Source: Desulfosudaceae bacterium
Lineage (GTDB): Bacteria; Desulfobacterota; Desulfobacteria; Desulfobacterales; Desulfosudaceae
Direction: 5' to 3'
DNA length: 64,000 nt
Assembly (NCBI GenBank): GCA_963674745.2
Contig: CAXXDV010000003.1
Coordinates: 256,001 to 320,000, forward strand
A program made the translations under genes and the position numbers. This document shows positions 9,146-17,765 of the stretch, piece after piece; position 1 is the stretch's first letter; each line of letters begins with the position of its first letter. The notes under the pieces are model-generated. The model searched no databases. It worked only from the letters and a program-made list of their open reading frames with translations, and had not been told where the DNA came from.

Positions 9146-10797
9146 TTAAATTTCCTCCACCATTTCCACTCCGTCGCCTTCACCCGAAGATCCGGCCACG
9201 ATTTTTCCCATGCCGAACATGCCTTCGCATACCCAGTAGGCGAATTCAGCCTCCCGCAGCGTATCTCCCCACAGAACCGGGCGGATGCCTTTCCACCGTT
9301 CTTCTAAGAAATCGATCAACATTTTGGTGGCCTCACTGCCGTCCGTGCCTTTAAAATCAATAAACGCGCCGGCGCAGCGGTAGGCGCATAAAAGGCCCTG
9401 GCAGGGGCCCATGCCGATCCGGGTCCGGCGGCGCAGGTCCACGATATCGGTCACATTTAATTTATCAATCGCATAGGCCACTTCCCTGGCCGTGACCATT
9501 TCGCACTCGCAGATCAGGTTTTCATCCGCCCCGCCGCCTGCCAGAATGTCCCTGGCCCGCGTGCCGTGGCGGTAATAGGTGGATTCAATGACCGATTCAC
9601 CGAAGTGCCGCCGTCGTTTGATGAGCGCCGGTTGTTTCTCCGACCCGGGCAGGGGCAGGCGGTGGGTTTCGCATTTTTTGTCAACACCCAGCTTGGGGCA
9701 GGCCAGGTCGGTTGCCTGTTCAGCCATCAGCCGGTAGGTCATGAGTTTGCCGCCGGCAATGGTGATCAGATTATCCACCCCGTCCCGTTCTTTATGGTCC
9801 ACCAGCACGATGCCCCGGGTGATGTCCCGGCCGTAGGTGTCTTTGCCGGTGGCCACCAGCGGCCGGACACCGCAGAAGGCCCGCAACACACGGGTCTTCG
9901 ACAGGTTGGGCACCAGTTTTTCACCGTCATCCAGAAGGGTTTTTATCTCCTCCGGTGTCACCGTCAGATCTTCAATGGCGTCGTAAGGAATCTTCTGCGA
10001 GGTGGTGCCGATCAGCGAAACCGTATCCCCGGGAACAAGTATGTCCCCGTCACCCGGTTTGCGGCAGCGATTGATGACCACGTTGTTAATCCGGTAATCG
10101 AGGATGACCATGGCCCCTTTGGACGGGAACATGGCCAGTTCAATGCCCGCCAGTTGGCAGATCTGCTGCCCCCAGACACCGAGGCATTGATGATGATCCG
10201 GCCGTGGATCTCAAACTGACGGCCGGTTTTTCTGTCCAGACAGCGTACACCGGTGACCGTCGTTTGATTCATGATGAACGCTTCTACACGGCTGTGGGTT
10301 TTGACCCGGGCGCCGTGCTCGACCGCGTCGAGCACATTGGCGGATGCCAGGCGGAAAGGGTCGATGGTGGCGTCCGGTACGGCAATGGCCCGGGTGATGG
10401 CGGCGTTGAGGTTGGGCTCGCATTCAAGGGCCTGATCACGGGTGATCTCTTTGGCCCCAATACCGGTCCGGCGGCAGGCGTCCAGAAGCTGTTCATGATA
10501 TCGGGGGTCGTCGTCCGGCAGGGTGACAAACAGGCCGCCGGTATCTTCAATACAGTGCCGTGCGATGGCTTTTAGAATTTTGTTTTCGGAAATGCATTCC
10601 CTGGCCGATGTTTCGTCCTTGACGGCATATCTCGCTCCGGAATGCAGCAGCCCGTGATTCCGGCCGGTGGTGCCGGCCGCGAAGTCGTGTTTTTCAACCA
10701 GCACGCAATCGATACCCCTTAAGGCACAGTCCCTGAGGATGCCGCAACCGGTGGCCCCGCCGCCGATTATGATTGCGTCTGTTTCAATTCGTTCCAT
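9146..10797 (-). pseudogene. glpA: Anaerobic glycerol-3-phosphate dehydrogenase subunit A, split by a 1-nt deletion near 10180 (real lesion or sequence error)
   Basis: N-half IIGGGATG, GTTGRNHGLLHSGARY; C-half GVRPL, GGKLMTYRLMAE, CECE, RRTRIGMGPCQG. Adding one base restores INASGVWGQQIC. Confidence 0.9.
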
Positions 10798-11666
10798 CGC
10801 TGGTCGACTTCCTGCTGGATTTTTTCAATCTTGTCCTTCGACAGGGCCTTGAAACGTGACTGTCCGGACAGGTATTCTGTCACTGGTTTACGGTCTTTTT
10901 TAAGCAGCTTTTTTGACGCGTCGGTCAGGGTCAGGGTGTTGTTTTCAAATTCGTAAAGTTCGTACAGGCCGGATTCCACGGCCAGTTTGCCCATTTTTAC
11001 GGTCAGGCGCGGTTCAAATCCCCAGCCCGACGGGCAGGGCGTATGAATGTGAAAGTATTTGATGCCGGTCAGTGTTTTGGCCTTTATCAGCTTGTTATAA
11101 AAATCCAGCGGGTATGAGGCCGAACAGGAGGCCACGTAGGTAACGTCGTGGGCGGCGATGATTTTGGCCACATTTTTTCGCTGCTGGGGTTTACCGCTGA
11201 TGGGCGTGGTGGTGGTCAGGGCCCCGGCCGGGGTGGTGCCGGACCGCTGGATGCCGGTGTTCATGTATGCTTCGTTATCATAACAGAAGTAGATGAAGTT
11301 TTCATTCCGTTCACAGGCCCCGGACAGGGCCTGGATGCCGATGTCGCTGGTTCCGCCGTCGCCGGCCCAGGCCGCGACAATGGTGTCTTCCTGCTTGCGG
11401 GCCCGGAGTGCGGCCTGCACGCCCGAGGCGGCAGCAGCCGTGGAGGCGAAGGTGACGTTCAAACAGGGCAGCTGGGTGGCCGCAATGGGATAAAGCCCCT
11501 GAAGCACCGTCAGGCAACTGGGCGGCACCACCAGGATGGTGTTCCGGCCCAGGGCTTTGAGCCCGATGCGGTAAATCAGGGAAAGGCCGCATCCGGAGCA
11601 GGCCCGATTACCGGGATGGACCAGTTCTTCAACCGGCAGGTCTATGGCTTTTGTAACAGTGGTCAT
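10767..11666 (-). CDS. porB: Pyruvate/2-oxoacid:ferredoxin oxidoreductase beta subunit (TPP-binding)
   Basis: ACSGCG, GDGGTSDIG, YDNEAYMNTGIQRS, PCPSGW. Confidence 0.92.
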   Translation of the reverse strand: MTTVTKAIDLPVEELVHPGNRACSGCGLSLIYRIGLKALGRNTILVVPPSCLTVLQGLYPIAATQLPCLNVTFASTAAAASGVQAALRARKQEDTIVAAWAGDGGTSDIGIQALSGACERNENFIYFCYDNEAYMNTGIQRSGTTPAGALTTTTPISGKPQQRKNVAKIIAAHDVTYVASCSASYPLDFYNKLIKAKTLTGIKYFHIHTPCPSGWGFEPRLTVKMGKLAVESGLYELYEFENNTLTLTDASKKLLKKDRKPVTEYLSGQSRFKALSKDKIEKIQQEVDQRWNELKQTQS

Positions 11667-11678
11667 AATATCTAATCC

Positions 11679-12881
11679 TTAATTTATATCTGATAGTCCT
11701 ATCCATTGCGGCGATTCGGCGCTGGCGGTTTCCGGGTCGGCGCAAAATTCGTTCAGGGCGTTCTGCAGATCGGCGGTTGTTATGGTTCGGCCGCCCAGGC
11801 CCACGATGCAATTGTGCAGGCAGGGCCGACGGGGTCGGTTATACAGGGCGGCTTTGATTTCACCGGCCAGAGGGCCTTCATATCCGTAGCTGATGGCTTT
11901 TTCAAAAACCAGCACACCCCGGGCATTCTCCAGGGCCCCGGCAACTTCTTCCGCGGGAAAGGGCCGGTAAACACGCAGGGCAATCACCCCCACCTTGACG
12001 GATTTTACCCGCAGGGTGTCCACCACCTTTCTCAGCTGCCGGGAGAGCGATCCCAGGCAGATGGTGATAAACTCGGCATCTTCACAACAATAGGCCTCAT
12101 AAAAGGGATTTACTTCCCGGTTGAACTCGGCCGAAAAGTCTTTGGCCGTCTGTTCGATGACGGTCAGGGCCCGCCTTTGATCCTGCTGCAGGTTATGCCG
12201 GATTTCCATGTAAGCCGGGGCCGTGTCTCCCCTGACATCCGGTCGGGTGTAAGGCAGAGTGACCGTGTTCAGGTTCATGGGGGATGACGGATCGAGCAGG
12301 ACATCGGGCGCTGAATCGGCCAGAAAAGTGTCGACTTTTTCCTGGTCCGGTATCTCAAAGGGCATGTAGGTATGAGACAACAGGTAACCGTCGTAACAGA
12401 CCATAATGGGGATACGGACGGTTTCGGCGATACGGAAGGCCTGGATGACGGTATCGATGATCTGCTGGTGATTGGCGGCGTGAATCTGGATCCAGCCGGT
12501 GTCCCGCTGGGACATTGAATCCTGGTGGTCGTTCCAGACCGACCAGGGCGCGCCCACGCCCCGGTTGGCAACGCACATGACGATGGGCAGACGCGCACCC
12601 GCGGCCCAGTGAATCTGTTCGTGCATGTAGAGCAGGCCGTTGGCACTGGTGGCGGTAAAAGCCCGGGTGCCGGCGCTGGAAGCGGCGATGCACACGGACA
12701 GGGCGCTGTGTTCACTTTCCACCGGAATGTATTCGGCGGCCATTTCACCGGAGGCCACAAATTCGGAAAGCTTTTCGGTCAGCGGCGTCTGAGGGGTTAT
12801 GGGATAAGCCGCGATAACCTGTGTCCGGGCCAGTTTGACGCCGGTGGCCGCGGCCGTGTTCCCTGTTTCAATGCAATGCAT
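11679..12881 (-). CDS. porA: Pyruvate/2-oxoacid:ferredoxin oxidoreductase alpha subunit
   Basis: AAYPITPQT, VESEHSA, TATS..GL..MHE, RVYRPFP, GLGGR. Confidence 0.92.
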   Translation of the reverse strand: MHCIETGNTAAATGVKLARTQVIAAYPITPQTPLTEKLSEFVASGEMAAEYIPVESEHSALSVCIAASSAGTRAFTATSANGLLYMHEQIHWAAGARLPIVMCVANRGVGAPWSVWNDHQDSMSQRDTGWIQIHAANHQQIIDTVIQAFRIAETVRIPIMVCYDGYLLSHTYMPFEIPDQEKVDTFLADSAPDVLLDPSSPMNLNTVTLPYTRPDVRGDTAPAYMEIRHNLQQDQRRALTVIEQTAKDFSAEFNREVNPFYEAYCCEDAEFITICLGSLSRQLRKVVDTLRVKSVKVGVIALRVYRPFPAEEVAGALENARGVLVFEKAISYGYEGPLAGEIKAALYNRPRRPCLHNCIVGLGGRTITTADLQNALNEFCADPETASAESPQWIGLSDIN

Positions 12882-12954
12882 GGCGATTGACTCCGTTCGT
12901 ATTTAATAAGTTATAATTTTTCTAAACTTGTCAGTAAAAGAATAAAAGCCTTAA

Positions 12955-13051
12955 GGGTTGAGTTGTTTAGGGGTTGAGTCGTTGAGGGCTTTTTTATTCA
13001 AATACCTCAACCCCTCAACCCCTCAACCCCTCAACAACTCAACAACTCAAC
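12955..13051. repeat. Inverted octamer array with a different unit (GGGTTGAG / CTCAACCC) and no cargo
   Basis: gggttgag ttgtttag gggttgag tcgttgag, then ctcaaccc x3 and ctcaacaa x2. Confidence 0.85.
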
Positions 13052-13067
13052 TTCTTTACGCTTGCCT

Positions 13068-13176
13068 CCTCGAACCCTGAACCCAGAACCTTGACAAAAG
13101 GGCACGGCACGCCGTGCCCCTACGACATTTGCGAACGACCGGTGAACCTCGAACCTCGAACCCTGAACCTCAAACC
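13068..13176. repeat. TCGAACC/CTGAACC heptamer arrays flanking one GTAG-type REP (13100-13123)
   Basis: Read directly; the porD stop codon lies in the first heptamer on the minus strand. Confidence 0.85.
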
Positions 13177-13466
13177 TCCTCTTCCGTCTCATTGACCATG
13201 ATAATGGCACCGGCCGGGCATTCTTCGGCACAGATACCGCAACCCTTGCAGTATTCAAAATCAAATGTCGGCGGTATGGTCCGGGTGATAACCCCTTCCG
13301 GACAATACATCCAGCACAGAAAACAGACCTCTTTGTTCGATTTGGCCGGAAGGCATTTGCTGGTATCAAGCACCGGCCGCTCCACCCGCCAGGAACCGGT
13401 ATGGCCGGCATCGCCGGGGCCGGGCTCACTGTGGGAAATTTGTTCTGCGAATTTATTTTTCTTCAT
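13170..13466 (-). CDS. porD: 2-oxoacid:ferredoxin oxidoreductase delta subunit (2x[4Fe-4S])
   Basis: TGSWRVERP, CFLCWMYCPEG, YCKGCGICAEECP. Confidence 0.92.
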   Translation of the reverse strand: MKKNKFAEQISHSEPGPGDAGHTGSWRVERPVLDTSKCLPAKSNKEVCFLCWMYCPEGVITRTIPPTFDFEYCKGCGICAEECPAGAIIMVNETEEEV

Positions 13467-14035
13467 TTCTTTTCTCCAACAATCGTGGCGTCAAAAGCCA
13501 GTCGGGCTGATTCGACATTTTTGGCGGCATGTTTTCCTTTGAACTCTTTTCCGATAGCGTCCAGCAGGGGGGCGATCTGCACCAGCCCGGTGGCTTTGGC
13601 AAAGGCGCCGATAATGCCGGAATTAACGATGCCCCGGGGCAGGCCCGCCTGCACGGCGATTTCTCCGATGTCGGCCACGGCTGTTACCGCGCCGGGAAAG
13701 GGAAACTCGTCGGGTTGTTTAGGGGTGTTGATGATCACCATGCCGCCCGGTTTGATGCCGGCCGCGGCCGCGGCTTCATCAAACAGCCGCTCATCGAGCA
13801 CCACCACGATATCGGGCTGCTCGATGGGGGAAAGGTCATAGACCTCTTCTTTGGATAGTTTTAATGAGGTAAATACCGGTGCGCCCCTTCTTTCGGTACC
13901 GAAAGTGGGGATCATGGCCACGCCCGGAAATCCCGAGGCAAAAGCCACGCCGGCCACGATCTTGGCCGCGGTGATGGCGCCCTGGCCGCCGCGTCCGTGC
14001 CAGCGGATGTCGAGTTCGTTTTTGTTCATGTTCAT
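13463..14035 (-). CDS. porC: 2-oxoacid:ferredoxin oxidoreductase gamma subunit
   Basis: IRWHGRGGQGAITAA, FGTERRGAPV, PDIVVVLD. Confidence 0.92.
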   Translation of the reverse strand: MNMNKNELDIRWHGRGGQGAITAAKIVAGVAFASGFPGVAMIPTFGTERRGAPVFTSLKLSKEEVYDLSPIEQPDIVVVLDERLFDEAAAAAGIKPGGMVIINTPKQPDEFPFPGAVTAVADIGEIAVQAGLPRGIVNSGIIGAFAKATGLVQIAPLLDAIGKEFKGKHAAKNVESARLAFDATIVGEKK

Positions 14036-14089
14036 TTATGTGTCCTGTATTTGTTTGTTAATCCTTTTTTGAATTCAATTGTTCAATCC

Positions 14090-14224
14090 GGTTTTAAGGT
14101 TTTAGAGTTTTAGGGTTTTATGTGATTAAGTTTTTATGTGGTTATGGGATTGGGGATCAACCGCTTCAATTCTTTACCTAAACCTTAAAACTCTAAAACT
14201 CTAAAACCCTAAAACCCTAAAACC
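14090..14224. repeat. Inverted octamer arrays (GGTTTTAG / CTAAAACC) with a short spacer
   Basis: Read directly between porC and glpK. Confidence 0.85.
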
Positions 14225-14285
14225 TTTCCCTTCATTCCGCGGCACAGCGCTTAGTTATTTCCAAGACTGGCCCCGTAGGCAGTTG

Positions 14286-15806
14286 CTATAATGTGCTTTT
14301 TTCTGTCCATCCCCGGGAGCGTTTCACGGCTTCTTTCCAGGCATGGTAAAGTTTTTTTCTTTCCGGTCCGGGCATCTGCGGCTGCCATTCTTTGTCCTTG
14401 GCCCAGTTGGCCGTAAGGGATTCTTTTTTGTCCCAGTATCCCACGGCCAGGCCCGCGGCATAAGCCGCGCCCAGCACGGTCGATTCGGTCACGGCCGGGC
14501 GGATCACCGGTATCTGCAGCATGTCCGACTGAAACTGCATCAGAAAATCGTTGGCGGCCATACCGCCGTCCACCTTCAGGGACTTTAAATCAATACCCGA
14601 GTCCTTGGCCATGGCATCGAATATTTCGGCTGCTTGAAAGGCGGTCGCTTCCAGCGTCGCCCGGGCCAGATGGCCTTTGTTGGCGTAATGGGTCAAACCG
14701 ATCAGCAACCCCCGGGCCGTGCTGTCCCAGTGCGGGGCGAACAGGCCGGAAAAGGCCGGCACAAAATAGACGCCGCCGTTGTCGTTCACGGTCCGGGCCA
14801 GATCCTCAACCTGGGGTGACTCGATAATCAGCCCGATATTATCCCGCAGCCACTGCACCAAAGAACCGGCAATGGCGATGGATCCTTCCAGGGCGTAAAT
14901 TGCCGGTTCCTGACCGATTTTGTAAGCAACCGTGGTCAGCAGGCCATGGCGTGAGGGCGTGATCTTCCGGCCGGTATTGACCAGCATGAAACATCCGGTG
15001 CCGTAGGTGTTTTTGGCTTCCCCCGGCTCGAAACAGACCTGGCCGAAGAGGGCGGCCTGCTGGTCGCCTAGAATGCCGGCCACGGGTGTACCTTCATCAA
15101 CGCCCCAGCCCGAACATAAATGGCCGTATACGTCGCTCGAGGGTTTTATTTCGGGCAGCATGGTTTCGGAAATACCCATGACCTTCAGAATGTCCTTGTC
15201 CCATTCCAGGGTGTGCAGGTCCATCAGCAGGGTCCGGCTGGCGTTGGTTACATCGGTGACGTGGACCCCTTTGTCCGGACCGCCGGTCAGCCACCAGACC
15301 AGCCAGGTGTCCATGTTGCCGAACAGGGCGTTTCCCTGCCCGGCGGCCTGCCGGGCTTCTTCACAGTTGTCCAGGATCCATTTTATTTTAGGCCCGGAAA
15401 AATAGGTGGCCAGGGGCAGGCCGGTTTTGTCCCGGAACCGGTCGACCCCGCCGTCCGCGGCCAGCTCGCGGCAGATGCCGTCGGTGCGGGTGTCCTGCCA
15501 GACAATGGCATTGTAAAACGGTTGGCCGGTCCGTTTGTCCCAGACAACCGTTGTCTCGCGCTGGTTGGTGATGCCCACCGCGGCAATGGCATCAGGGAGA
15601 ATATTCTTTTTCTCCAGGGCGCCGGCAATGACGGCGGCCGTGTTGGTTTTGATCTCCATGGGATCGTGCTCGACCCAGTCCGGCTGGGGGTAAATCTGAC
15701 GATGCTCGAGCTGATGGCTGGAGACGATGGTGCCCTTCCGGTCAAATACGACAAAACGGGTGCTGGTGGTACCCTGATCTATGGCGGCGATATATTTCCC
15801 GGTCAT
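14286..15806 (-). CDS. glpK: Glycerol kinase
   Basis: [62 protein letters not shown]. Confidence 0.97.
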   Translation of the reverse strand: MTGKYIAAIDQGTTSTRFVVFDRKGTIVSSHQLEHRQIYPQPDWVEHDPMEIKTNTAAVIAGALEKKNILPDAIAAVGITNQRETTVVWDKRTGQPFYNAIVWQDTRTDGICRELAADGGVDRFRDKTGLPLATYFSGPKIKWILDNCEEARQAAGQGNALFGNMDTWLVWWLTGGPDKGVHVTDVTNASRTLLMDLHTLEWDKDILKVMGISETMLPEIKPSSDVYGHLCSGWGVDEGTPVAGILGDQQAALFGQVCFEPGEAKNTYGTGCFMLVNTGRKITPSRHGLLTTVAYKIGQEPAIYALEGSIAIAGSLVQWLRDNIGLIIESPQVEDLARTVNDNGGVYFVPAFSGLFAPHWDSTARGLLIGLTHYANKGHLARATLEATAFQAAEIFDAMAKDSGIDLKSLKVDGGMAANDFLMQFQSDMLQIPVIRPAVTESTVLGAAYAAGLAVGYWDKKESLTANWAKDKEWQPQMPGPERKKLYHAWKEAVKRSRGWTEKSTL

Positions 15807-16639
15807 GGTTTGCTTCCTTTCATCACATCGATCATGGAAAATACGGTTCCCTTATCTTTCCGGTCACAGGCCCGGTTCAGAAAAACAATGGCGTCGGCCG
15901 TGCCGCCGGCGTAAATGTCCCGTCCATTAATATTATGGGTGAATTCGAATTTTACGGTCTGGTCGGCTGACACCAGGGTGTAGGTGTGCCAGGCGTGTCC
16001 GCCGAGATATGCTTCGGGAATGTGCCAATCCCTGGCCTGTTTTTCCGGATCGCGTTCCTTGATGATATCGTTTTCCGAAAAACGGATGCCCATGGCGTTG
16101 AAATAGCCGACCATGGCTTTGGCCGTGCCGCTGGTGTCGGCTTTGCCCTGTTGATGACTTTCCTTGATGGCCAGTGAATATCCGTCAAACATGCCGGGAA
16201 ATTCCCGGGCGGCATATTCCATCATGGCCTGGAAGCCGACGATCTGTTTGGCCATGTTGGGCGCGATCACGGCGCTGATATCTGATTGACGGACCGTTTC
16301 AGCCAGCTTTTCCCGGTCACCGCCGGTGGTGCCCATGACAAAGGGCAATTTTTGCCGGCAGTAGAATTCACAATTGTCATTGACCGAGGAAGGGTGGGTG
16401 TAATCGACCGTGATGAACCGGCCGCGGGTGGCTTTGATTTCTTCAATGGCCGCTTCTTTTTTGTCCGGACGGACCAGGCGCACCGTGACCGGTCCGATGG
16501 ATACTTCCGGCTGCTCGATCTCCGGTCCGGTCAACGACCAGGGGATAAGCGCGAACCGGTCGTCATTGACCAGGCGGTCGGCTATCCTGGAAGCCACATT
16601 GCCGGGCAGGCCGTTTATCATTATTTCAATGGGTTTCAT
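15803..16639 (-). CDS. dapB: 4-hydroxy-tetrahydrodipicolinate reductase (plant-like DapB)
   Basis: [51 protein letters not shown]. Confidence 0.88.
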   Translation of the reverse strand: MKPIEIMINGLPGNVASRIADRLVNDDRFALIPWSLTGPEIEQPEVSIGPVTVRLVRPDKKEAAIEEIKATRGRFITVDYTHPSSVNDNCEFYCRQKLPFVMGTTGGDREKLAETVRQSDISAVIAPNMAKQIVGFQAMMEYAAREFPGMFDGYSLAIKESHQQGKADTSGTAKAMVGYFNAMGIRFSENDIIKERDPEKQARDWHIPEAYLGGHAWHTYTLVSADQTVKFEFTHNINGRDIYAGGTADAIVFLNRACDRKDKGTVFSMIDVMKGSKP

Positions 16640-16716
16640 GCCATTTCCTTTCCTGTTCACAAACCCAAATATATTAGCAGGAAAAAGACCGTATTTCCAG
16701 CTTGTAAATAAAAATT

Positions 16717-16791
16717 GGTTTTAAAGTTTTAGGGTTTTAGGTTTTAAGGTGGTTAAGTGATTAAGTGATTAAGTGATTAAGTGATTATGTG
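16717..16791. repeat. G/T-rich octamer arm (partner at 17702-17765)
   Basis: Exact 23-mer at 16717-16739, then GTGGTTAA and (GTGATTAA)3. Confidence 0.9.
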
Positions 16792-17115
16792 GGCCCGGGT
16801 TTTCGAAAGGTTACGCTTTATATGCTCAGCTTTGACAGATCGAAAATTTGTTCTTTTTACCAGCATTTAGGGGTGATAAGCGTTAGCGCATCCACTATTG
16901 AATTTTGAGAAAAGCATGTTAACCTAAAGATGTGCCGGAAGATCTTGTAGTTGGAATTATTTTGGTTTTTATAGCAATTTCATAAAAAACAAGGCATGAC
17001 CCAACTGGGGTCGGAGCAACTTGCACGGCCGGAGGTGCCCGCCTTTCCAGCCTTATGTGAAAATTTTAGATAAAGTTAAGGCTTGTAAATGCTATCAGAC
17101 ATTTGGAGTGACAAC

Positions 17116-17393
17116 ATGACTAACAGTTTTTTCGGAAAAATCATAATTTATTCATTTAGTGGTTTCATTATTGGTATTTTGATTCTTATTGCAGCATTGA
17201 AAACTGAGACTATACCGATTTTAGGAGCTTTTTTGACTTTATCCATAAACCTGCGAGCTGGTTGGCTTATTTTTGGTCAGATATACTAAAATTGCCCCCA
17301 CAGAGTGAATTAGCTTTCGCAGTCGTGCCAATGGTCGCAGCAGTATTGCAATGGACCTTTTTGGGCTTTCTCTTTGGGTTATGGAAAAAATAA
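17116..17393 (+). pseudogene. Small AT-rich membrane protein gene (~92 aa) frameshifted in a T6 run at 17229-17234
   Basis: GGAG SD and ATG 17116; one added T joins ...IPILGAF to FDFIHKPASWLAYFWSD...LQWTFLGFLFGLWKK*. Confidence 0.6.
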
Positions 17394-17408
17394 AAGTTCT
17401 TGTGTTTT

Positions 17409-17513
17409 GCACCCCGGCAACAAGTTGCCGGGGCCACCCGAGGCCGGGGCAATTAGAACTGACGGGGTTATTTGTACGGCCGGGGTGGCACTGACAACTT
17501 GTTGTCAGTGTGC
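17409..17513. repeat. Inverted pair of GGGTGGC-footed hairpin repeats
   Basis: GGGTGGC-N5-CAACTTGTTG-N5'-GTGC at 17409-17439 (minus) and 17483-17513 (plus). Confidence 0.8.
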
Positions 17514-17550
17514 GAAGCAAAAGAGGACTTTGAGAAACAGCCACGCCATT

Positions 17551-17574
17551 GGGCACGGCACGCCGTGCCCCTAC
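17551..17574 (-). repeat. GTAG-type REP
   Basis: GGGCACGGCACGCCGTGCCCCTAC, identical to 13100-13123. Confidence 0.85.
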
Positions 17575-17701
17575 ATAGTCATTTCGAATTTCAATCCTTA
17601 AACTTTAAAATCCCTACCTCTCCAGAAAACCTGACAACTTACCCATCTAATCACCTAAAACTTAAAAACCCAACACACTCGCACAGCAGGCCCTTAATCA
17701 A

Positions 17702-17765
17702 ATAACCACCTAACCACTTAATCACCTAAAACCTTAAAACCTTAAAACCCTAAAACTTTAAAACC
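17702..17765. repeat. C/A-rich octamer arm, inverted partner of 16717-16791
   Basis: Reverse-complement 23-mer at 17743-17765; encodes the last codons and stop of the adjacent gene. Confidence 0.9.

Noticed and set aside
13031..13429. 132-aa ORF ending in RFEVQGSRFEV...GSGFRVRG
   Set aside because: Alternative frame of porD running into heptamer and REP repeats.
16860..17090. Integron attC/attI sites around the AT-rich cargo (ACCCAAC at 16999, GTTAAGG at 17075, GTTAGCG near 16882)
   Set aside because: No complementary L boxes or overall palindrome between the candidate cores, and no integrase in the window.
4113..17765. TTTTAGGG-like units resembling eukaryotic telomere repeats or contamination
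   Set aside because: Units are degenerate, short, paired as inverted arms and lie between intact bacterial genes.
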